DNA of 64,000 nt from Patescibacteria group bacterium (GTDB lineage: Bacteria > Krumholzibacteriota > Krumholzibacteriia > Krumholzibacteriales > Krumholzibacteriaceae). Location of the stretch: positions 22,064-86,063 of the forward strand of contig DATKWS010000154.1 in the NCBI GenBank assembly GCA_035529435.1, given 5' to 3'. Numbering within the stretch: the stretch's first letter is position 1; every line of letters begins with the position of its first letter. Shown piece after piece: positions 38,739 to 46,119 of the stretch. The notes below the pieces were generated by a model. That model did no database searches. It was given only the letters and a program-made list of their open reading frames with translations, and had not been told where the DNA came from. The translations under genes were made by a program, and so were the position numbers.

Positions 38739-39848
38739 ATGAGGCTCGAAATGTTCGACAGGGAAACGATGACTGTCTGCGTGAGCTGCGCGGACCGGCA
38801 GGATTGGGATATCCTCGACAAGCTCTCCAGCCTCATCGCGGTCTCCTCGGATTGCGGATTCAACCGGATCATATTCGAGCCGCCGTCACGCCTGCCTCTG
38901 CCGGTCGGTATGGCGCTCGAGCAGCTTGCCCGCCGTAACGGGGTCATCCTTTCCGCCGCCGATGAAAGCGCCGCCGGGGAGGCGAAGGACGAGTTCGGTT
39001 TCGTCGTGGTGAGCAGGGAGTCCAGTTTTATCTGCCTCCGTGATTCGGGCGATGATATGCATTACCAGCTCTACCTCGAGGCCTGCGAGGAGAACGTCGA
39101 TCTCGGCGCGCGTCTCGCCTACCTGCTCGCAAACGTGCTCGGTTTCACGAGCCTCATCTCGTTCGAGATTCGTTTCAGCGTGTACGAGCTCCTCAACAAC
39201 ATTTTCGAGCACGGTCTCGAGCAGGGTGCCAGCCAGTGGGTCGAATTGATCATCGAGAAAAAGCGAGATAAGCTGTCGGTTTCGCTGGTCGACAAGGGAG
39301 TCGCGTTCGATCCGACAAGGGATGAGAAATTCAACCTGGCACGGTACCTGGAATCGGGCAAGAAACGGGGGCTCGGTCTCGTCATGACACGCAGGATAGC
39401 GGGGCGGATGCAGTACCATCGGGATGGGGAATTCAACAAGATCCATTTCGAGAAATCGGATTCATTCCCCGGAGGGACTCTCCGGGCCGTAAAGGAGGAG
39501 ACAATGGCACAGTTCATAGTCGGTGAACCGGTCCGCACGGAGGACGGTTCCTCCCTCATGGCGCTCGAGGGCGATCTCGATACGAAAGGCGCTCTTGTCA
39601 TGGAGGATCTGATGTCGCAGCTCCTCGACCAGAAGATGTTCCGCGTGATCTTCGATTTCGAAAAGGTACCGTTCGTGTCAAGCGCGGGAGTGGGAATTCT
39701 TCTCGGGATCGTATCCTCGCTCCGCGAGGAGGGTGGGGAGGTTACCCTGTTGAACGTTTCGCCGAAGGTGAAGTCGGTGTTCAGGCTTCTCAATCTCGAT
39801 GACTATTTCACCATCGCCGACTCACGGGATTCGTTTGTCGAATTCTGA
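38739..39848 (+). CDS. fusion of RsbW/SpoIIAB-type serine kinase (GHKL ATPase) with C-terminal STAS anti-sigma-antagonist domain
   Basis: Central HATPase_c N-box ELLNNIFEHG and G-box GLGLVMTRR. C-terminal STAS with the phospho-acceptor region FVSSAGVGILLG. N-terminal about 110 aa of unknown function. Confidence 0.6.
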   Translation: MRLEMFDRETMTVCVSCADRQDWDILDKLSSLIAVSSDCGFNRIIFEPPSRLPLPVGMALEQLARRNGVILSAADESAAGEAKDEFGFVVVSRESSFICLRDSGDDMHYQLYLEACEENVDLGARLAYLLANVLGFTSLISFEIRFSVYELLNNIFEHGLEQGASQWVELIIEKKRDKLSVSLVDKGVAFDPTRDEKFNLARYLESGKKRGLGLVMTRRIAGRMQYHRDGEFNKIHFEKSDSFPGGTLRAVKEETMAQFIVGEPVRTEDGSSLMALEGDLDTKGALVMEDLMSQLLDQKMFRVIFDFEKVPFVSSAGVGILLGIVSSLREEGGEVTLLNVSPKVKSVFRLLNLDDYFTIADSRDSFVEF

Positions 39849-39871
39849 GAACCATCACGGAGGAATTCTGG

Positions 39872-41317
39872 ATGAGCAAGGCGCCGCCTGAACAGACGTG
39901 CCGCAGCGAACCTGATGTGAAACGGCTCGAGGAAAGTCTCGAGAAGCGGAATATCACATTCGAGGCGCTGTTCGGACTGTTCGAGAAGATCGGAACGACG
40001 CTGGACCTGGCAACGATCGTCCGGCTCTTCCTGCTCACCCTCATGGGACAACTCAGGTTGAAACGCATCGCCTTGTATCTTGCTTCCTCGGATGGAACGC
40101 GGTTCGTGATGCATCACGCGCTGGGTATCGGCCGGCAGGTGCTGCCGACGGCCTTCTGCGTGGAGCACACGCTCACGCGCTGGTTGCGGTCGGAAAAGGA
40201 CGCTCCGCATATAGACAGTTTCTTCAATGAGTACAAGGGCGAGGTGCCCGGGGAGACGGCCGGTTTTCTCGGGGAAATGGCCGGGCGAAGTTTCGCCTAT
40301 GCGTATCCCCTTACCGATCGGGATGAGTTGCTGGGAGCGGTGTTCTTCAGCGGGAAGGTGACGGGGGAGGGATTCTCACAATTCGACAACGAGCTGCTGC
40401 GGATGCTCGCCAAGGTTGCCACCATCACGATCAGGAATGCGGCACTCTACCGCTCGGCGGTGCAGTCCAAGCAGGAGCTCGAGAGGTTTTCACGGATCAA
40501 GAAGGAGTTCATCAACCACACCTCGCACGAGTTGCGGACGCCGATCACCGTTCTCAAGAGCGCACTCTGGTCGATCGAATCGGACGAGATCGATGAAGGC
40601 GTACTGATCGATATGTCCAAGGATGCCGTGCTCAGGATGCAGGACAAGATCGAACAACTGCTCTCGCTCAACGATATCGAATTGAACGCGACCGCATTCG
40701 ACCTCGCCCGGACCGATGTCTCGTCGCTGCTGGAGGAGTGCCTGCGCGAGATCATCCCCGAGCTCGAGGAGAAACAGATAACGGTCGATCTCGATGACCG
40801 CGCCCGTTACCGGGAGATCATGGTCGATGCCGCCAAGATGAAGCTCGTGCTGCGCGGTATCATCGATAACGCCGTCAATGCTGTCGAGAGGGGCGGCACC
40901 ATTTCGATCGTGACCGATGTCACGGATATCCCGCCGGGGGGCGGCGATGGGATCGAGATACCCGATTGGTCGACTGTCGCGGAGGGACCGCTTCCGTATT
41001 CCCCGTGTGATGCGGCGGACAACGAGCACGCAGGTACCGGCCCGTCACGGAACTTCACCGATTTTCATCCATCGAGCCAGGGATCGTTCCTCGTCATGCG
41101 CATGCGGGACGACGGCGTCGGTATACCGGCCGACGAGATCATGGCCGTTTCCGAGCCGTTCCGGCGGGCCTCGAATTCTCCCCTGAAAAACGTCAAGGGG
41201 CTCGGCATCGGTCTCTCCGTCGCGTTGAAGATCATCGCGGGACACGGCGGGCGGCTCTTTTGTAGAAGCGAAGAGGGAAGAGGGACGGAATTCTCTATCT
41301 GGCTGAACGCCGATTGA
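39872..41317 (+). CDS. cytoplasmic GAF-domain sensor histidine kinase (no cognate response regulator adjacent)
   Basis: GAF domain. HisKA H-box HTSHELRTPITVL. HATPase_c with an about 50-aa insertion before the G-boxes. Confidence 0.75.
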   Translation: MSKAPPEQTCRSEPDVKRLEESLEKRNITFEALFGLFEKIGTTLDLATIVRLFLLTLMGQLRLKRIALYLASSDGTRFVMHHALGIGRQVLPTAFCVEHTLTRWLRSEKDAPHIDSFFNEYKGEVPGETAGFLGEMAGRSFAYAYPLTDRDELLGAVFFSGKVTGEGFSQFDNELLRMLAKVATITIRNAALYRSAVQSKQELERFSRIKKEFINHTSHELRTPITVLKSALWSIESDEIDEGVLIDMSKDAVLRMQDKIEQLLSLNDIELNATAFDLARTDVSSLLEECLREIIPELEEKQITVDLDDRARYREIMVDAAKMKLVLRGIIDNAVNAVERGGTISIVTDVTDIPPGGGDGIEIPDWSTVAEGPLPYSPCDAADNEHAGTGPSRNFTDFHPSSQGSFLVMRMRDDGVGIPADEIMAVSEPFRRASNSPLKNVKGLGIGLSVALKIIAGHGGRLFCRSEEGRGTEFSIWLNAD

Positions 41318-41480
41318 TCGATGTCACGCTTGTCCGCGTGTCGATCCCCGAACATGTGTGAAGAAACGGGGCGTGCGGTGTTCCGAGCGCCCAAGCCGGT
41401 CCGCGCCTTTCGCTGCATAATGGAAAAGGCGGCCCCTCTCTTGTAGAGAGACCGCCCGTGTAACTGTATTGGCCGGTATG

Positions 41481-42131
41481 CTACTCCTCCGCTTCCTCCG
41501 TAACGACGCGAATCGATTTGATGACGACCGGCTTCGCGGGGACGTTACTGAGGTTCCCCTTCGCCGTGGTTTTTACCGCGGCGATTGTATCGACGACGTC
41601 GCCGCCCTCTATCACCTTTCCGAAAACGGCGTACCCGTAATCCCTCACGCCATGATCGAGCAACTTGTTGTCTTTCAGATTGATGAAAAACTGGCTCGTG
41701 GCACTGTTGATTTCAGGGGTCCGGGCCATCGCCACGGTGTACTTCATGTTGTTGAGCCCGTTCTTCGCCTCGTTCTCTATCGGCTTGCCCGTCTCCTTCT
41801 TCACCATCTCCGGGGTGAAGCCGCCGCCCTGGACCATGAAATCCGGAATGACCCTGTGGAAGATCGTTCCGTCGTAGAATTTGGTTTCGACATATTTCAG
41901 GAAATTCTTCACGGTGATCGGGGCCTTGTCCGTGTAGAGCTCCATCACGAAGGGTCCGAGATTCGTCTCCACGCGAACCAGTACAGTTTCTCCAGGTTCC
42001 ACCGGCTTCTTCTCCGTTTCTATCTTGGTCTGGGTGGGCTTTTTCATTTCCTGCGCGACCACGCCGGTAAGGCAGAGTGAAACGATAATGGCACACAGGG
42101 CGAACACGAGAATACCGTTATGCAATCTCAT
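41481..42131 (-). CDS. ppiA: cyclophilin-type peptidyl-prolyl cis-trans isomerase, secreted
   Basis: Signal peptide. Conserved FHRVIPDFMVQGGG cyclophilin signature. GGAGG RBS. Confidence 0.8.
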   Translation of the reverse strand: MRLHNGILVFALCAIIVSLCLTGVVAQEMKKPTQTKIETEKKPVEPGETVLVRVETNLGPFVMELYTDKAPITVKNFLKYVETKFYDGTIFHRVIPDFMVQGGGFTPEMVKKETGKPIENEAKNGLNNMKYTVAMARTPEINSATSQFFINLKDNKLLDHGVRDYGYAVFGKVIEGGDVVDTIAAVKTTAKGNLSNVPAKPVVIKSIRVVTEEAEE

Positions 42132-42377
42132 AGGGAAACACCTCCTCATCTGTTTTCCAGCTTCGTTCTCAATCGTGATGTTGAATATACCGTCTCGGGG
42201 AGATCAGTAAAAGAAAAAATTGTGGCTGGTCTTCCCAGACCAGGGGGAGCGAGGACGTCCCGGTCCCCTTCATATATCGGTCTGCCATGATTTTTTGCTT
42301 TTCCTTATTTTATATTCTTTGATAGGATTACGGATGAGGGCGGCTATGTCCCTCGAGTACTACCCCGAGGTGAGAAA

Positions 42378-43268
42378 ATGAGTCGAAAACTGGTCTATGA
42401 ACAGGTGGATGTCTTTACAAACAAAGCGTTTGGCGGAAACCAACTCGCCGTGTTTCACTCACCGGGAAAGCTCACCAAACACCAGATGCAAACTATAGCC
42501 AGAGAAATCAACTTTTCCGAAACAACGTTCATTTTTCCGTCAAAAAACAAGGAAGTACATGCCAAGGTGCGGATTTTCACACCGGGCGAGGAGGTGCCCT
42601 TCGCCGGGCATCCGACGATCGGCACGGCATTCGTCCTCTATTCCAGGATGACCGGCAAGAAGAAGCCCGACACGTTGGTGCTGGAGCTCGGCGTCGGCAA
42701 GATTCATGTCGATATCGAACAAAGCGGTAACTATATAACCGGCCTTACGATGCACCAACCCCTCCCCGAATTTGGATCCGCGCTCCAGAACAGGGGGCAG
42801 GCCGCGAGGGCTCTTGGCATACGGCCGTTCAACATCCTCGGCGGAGGAGTTGTGTCGAACGGGCTCAGTTTCCTGATCGTCGAAGCACAGGAGCGGGAAT
42901 CGGTGGAGAGGGCCCGCCTGAACCTCGAGGAGGCGGTCAACGTCATAGACCGCCATAACGTCGTCGGCATATATCTCTTTTCCCGCGAGGAGGGAAAGGA
43001 ATTGCGAATCCACGCCCGATCCTTCGCACCGACCATGGGGGTGATGGAGGATCCGGCCACGGGCTCTGCGGCCGGCGCGCTCGGCGGCTATCTCGCCAGG
43101 ATTCTGAAGTTCCCCATCGATCTACGGCTTTCCGTCGAGCAGGGAGTCGAGATGAAACGGCCGAGTCAGATCATGGTCGATATTCATTGTGACCGGGGGA
43201 TGGTGAACAGCGTCAAGGTAACGGGCAAGGTCGTGCACGTGGGAGAGGGGACGATATTCCTCTCGTAG
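42378..43268 (+). CDS. PhzF-family isomerase
   Basis: N-terminal VDVFT…GNQLAVF and the catalytic Glu region ETTF characteristic of PhzF/DAP-epimerase-fold proteins. Confidence 0.75.
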   Translation: MSRKLVYEQVDVFTNKAFGGNQLAVFHSPGKLTKHQMQTIAREINFSETTFIFPSKNKEVHAKVRIFTPGEEVPFAGHPTIGTAFVLYSRMTGKKKPDTLVLELGVGKIHVDIEQSGNYITGLTMHQPLPEFGSALQNRGQAARALGIRPFNILGGGVVSNGLSFLIVEAQERESVERARLNLEEAVNVIDRHNVVGIYLFSREEGKELRIHARSFAPTMGVMEDPATGSAAGALGGYLARILKFPIDLRLSVEQGVEMKRPSQIMVDIHCDRGMVNSVKVTGKVVHVGEGTIFLS

Positions 43269-43471
43269 AGGAAAATTGTTTACTTTTTAATAATATCTGT
43301 TATAATATCATGTGGTTCCATTGCGGCACGATCGACATCGCCGCGGGGAATCAGAACGAGGATTCCGGATATTACCGGAAAATGTTCTAGGGAAGGTGGC
43401 CCGCGTGACCCCTACTTTGGATCTATTTTCCGGTTTTTTTCTGCTTTCAACCGGCGCGGAGCGCCCCGTTC

Positions 43472-45541
43472 TCAATCCCCGGGATGCAGGTGCTCGGCGA
43501 ACCATTCATGGAGCGTGTTCCACCACAGCTCGGCATTCAACGGCTTCAGCACGAAATGGGTTTCGTCCGGGTAGAAGAGGAGCTTTGAATAGACGCCCCT
43601 GCGCTGGAGTGCCGTGAAGAACTGGAGTCCCTCCCCGTAGGGAACGCGGTAATCGTGCTCACCGTGCACGACGAGGCACGGTGTCTTGAATGCAGCCGCG
43701 TAGTTGTGCGGTGAGAAACGTTCGTACATCTCCGGATTCTCCCACGGCGCTCCCCTGAATTCCCATTCGGGGAACCAGAGTTCCTCGGTCGCCCCGTACA
43801 TGCTCTCGAGGTTGTAGACCCCATCGTGCGAGACGAGGCAGCGAAAGCGCGTCGAGTGGCCCTCGATCCAGTTGATCATGTAGCCGCCGTACGAGGCGCC
43901 GGCCGCGGCGATGCGATCCTTGTCGATGAAGGGAAACCGCTCGATGCAGTAATCGACGCCGTTCATGATGTCGGTGTAGACGGCGCCGCCCCAGTCGCCG
44001 CTGATTGCATCCGTGAGAGCCTGTCCGTACCCCGTGCTGCCGGTGGGATTCAGCATGACGACGACGTAGCCGGGAGAGGCGAACATCTGCGCGTTCCAGC
44101 GGTAGTGGAAGTCGTCGCCGAACGCGCCCTGCGGCCCCCCATGTATGAGGAGTATCACCGGGTACTGTTTACCCTCGGTGAAGTAAGGGGGTTTTACGAG
44201 CATGCCGTGGATCGAGTCCGTGGCGCCCCGGTACCGGAACTCCTCCACCGGATTCATCTCGAGCCTGTCGAGAACTTCCTTGTTGACATCGGTGATCTGC
44301 GTGACCCGTTGCCCGCCGGCCGTAGCCCGGAAAAGGTCGACGGGACGCCTCGTGTTCTGTCTTGCAATGATCAGGTGTTTGCCGTCGAGCGTCACGCGGA
44401 CATTGGTGTCGTATCCGCCGCGAATGACGAGGCGCGCGTCATTGCCCCGGACGGTGACGGCACCGATCGAGCTCCGCCCCGTATCCTCGGTCGTGAAGTA
44501 CAGCGTGCGGTTGTCGGGGCTCCACGCGAACCTGCCGATGCTGTAATCGAAGCCTTCGGTCAGGTTCTTGCTCGCTCCGGATCTCCGGTCGTAGATCATC
44601 ATCCGGTACCGGTCCGCCTCGAAGCGGGGGGTCATCTGGGCCCGGTACGCGATGTAGCGTCCGTTCGGCGAGTAGCGCGGATTGTTGTCGTTTGAGAGAT
44701 TTGCGCCGGTGATGTTCCGCGGCTCCCCGCCGGGGATCGTCATGACGAAAAGGTCGTTATTGGTCGAGGTGGCTATGAACGAGTCGGGGTTCATCGTGTA
44801 GCACAGCTCCGTGCCGTCCGGGGAGAAGTCGTAGTCCCGCTCGCCGCCGAGAGAGATCGGCGGCACGTCGGTCATACCCCGGTTGATCTCGACGAGCGAC
44901 TCCCCCTTGGGATCGGTGAGAAAAAGATGGCTCCAGCGTCCATCGCGCCAGTGGTTCCAGTGGCGGTAGAGGAGGCGGTCGATCAGGCGGGCCTTGACCT
45001 GGCTGTTCTGGTGCCGATCCAGCTTCTCGCCGTTGCAATCCATATCGGGGCACTCGGGATATACCCGTGAAGTGAAAGCGATCCAGCGGCCGTCGGGCGA
45101 CCAGAGCGGCCCTTCGGCACCGGTCGGTACGTCGGTGACACGGCGTGCCTCGCCGCCGTCGGCCGGAATCACCCAGATCTGGGATGTGCCCTCCCTGTCC
45201 GAGATGAAGGCGAGATGCCTGCCGTCGGGCGACCAGCACGGCGAGTAATCGTTTCCGTCGCTGCGGACGAATTCCCATACATCCCCGCCCGCGGTGGGCA
45301 CGAGGTAGACGTCGGTGTTCGAAGAATTCTCCTCCTTGTCGAACCACGTTACCTGGAAAGCGGCCCACGTTCCGTCCGGGGAAATCTCGTAGCTCCCGAT
45401 CCTTCCCAGGGCGATGAGATCGTCGAACGTGATGGCGTGCGTGCCGGCGTTTTCCGCGGCCGCGGCACCGGCGCTCCTCGCGGCAGCGCCGAGACTTGTG
45501 AGAGCGAGAAGGCAGAACAGAAAGCCTGTGTGCCGTTTCAT
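43472..45541 (-). CDS. S9-family serine peptidase with N-terminal beta-propeller (prolyl oligopeptidase / acylaminoacyl peptidase-like)
   Basis: Signal peptide. TolB-like WD/propeller repeats. C-terminal alpha/beta hydrolase with GGSYGGYM nucleophile elbow, plus Asp/His downstream. Confidence 0.8.
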   Translation of the reverse strand: MKRHTGFLFCLLALTSLGAAARSAGAAAAENAGTHAITFDDLIALGRIGSYEISPDGTWAAFQVTWFDKEENSSNTDVYLVPTAGGDVWEFVRSDGNDYSPCWSPDGRHLAFISDREGTSQIWVIPADGGEARRVTDVPTGAEGPLWSPDGRWIAFTSRVYPECPDMDCNGEKLDRHQNSQVKARLIDRLLYRHWNHWRDGRWSHLFLTDPKGESLVEINRGMTDVPPISLGGERDYDFSPDGTELCYTMNPDSFIATSTNNDLFVMTIPGGEPRNITGANLSNDNNPRYSPNGRYIAYRAQMTPRFEADRYRMMIYDRRSGASKNLTEGFDYSIGRFAWSPDNRTLYFTTEDTGRSSIGAVTVRGNDARLVIRGGYDTNVRVTLDGKHLIIARQNTRRPVDLFRATAGGQRVTQITDVNKEVLDRLEMNPVEEFRYRGATDSIHGMLVKPPYFTEGKQYPVILLIHGGPQGAFGDDFHYRWNAQMFASPGYVVVMLNPTGSTGYGQALTDAISGDWGGAVYTDIMNGVDYCIERFPFIDKDRIAAAGASYGGYMINWIEGHSTRFRCLVSHDGVYNLESMYGATEELWFPEWEFRGAPWENPEMYERFSPHNYAAAFKTPCLVVHGEHDYRVPYGEGLQFFTALQRRGVYSKLLFYPDETHFVLKPLNAELWWNTLHEWFAEHLHPGD

Positions 45542-45780
45542 CGATCTTCCTCCGTGTCGGGGTGGAAGCACAATCATAGACGCGTAATGAGAGCGGTTAT
45601 GTATGCAACCCGGTAACGATCACGCGCCGATGCCGGCATTCTATTGGAATAGAACGCGCGGGGCAACGGAAAACGGGCCGGTGACGTTCCCCCGATAACC
45701 GAAGGTGACGACCGCCGGCTCGCGTGAAGCCGACGATCCCGAACGGAGTGGGCAGGCGCCGCCGCGCGGGCCCGCAAAAA

Positions 45781-45823
45781 AAAGGAGAAACGTAAACGTT
45801 TCTCCTTCCGTGGATGGGGGAAA
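45781..45823 (-). terminator. rho-independent terminator (minus strand)
   Basis: On the minus strand: GGAGAAACG-TTTA-CGTTTCTCC hairpin followed by a T8 tract. Confidence 0.45.
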
Positions 45824-46119
45824 CCCCCTCACTTCATCCTCCACCCGTAATATTCTTTTACTTAGTTAAACTAAAACCCCATCTCTTCCCTGGATCTGCC
45901 GCCTCAATTCGCCGGCACCTGACTTTTCACTGCCCCCCTGCGTGCTTCGCTTTCCACAGTGAAAGGGCTACTTTCCGATTTTATTAGACGGTCGCTTTTC
46001 ACAATTTGACATCGCACAGTGCATTTAATAGGTAATTATACCTATATTACTATACGTTAATATTCACTAATTTCATATTTTAATAGAGGTTGCTGGAAAA
46101 TGGCGGATCACGATTTTTT

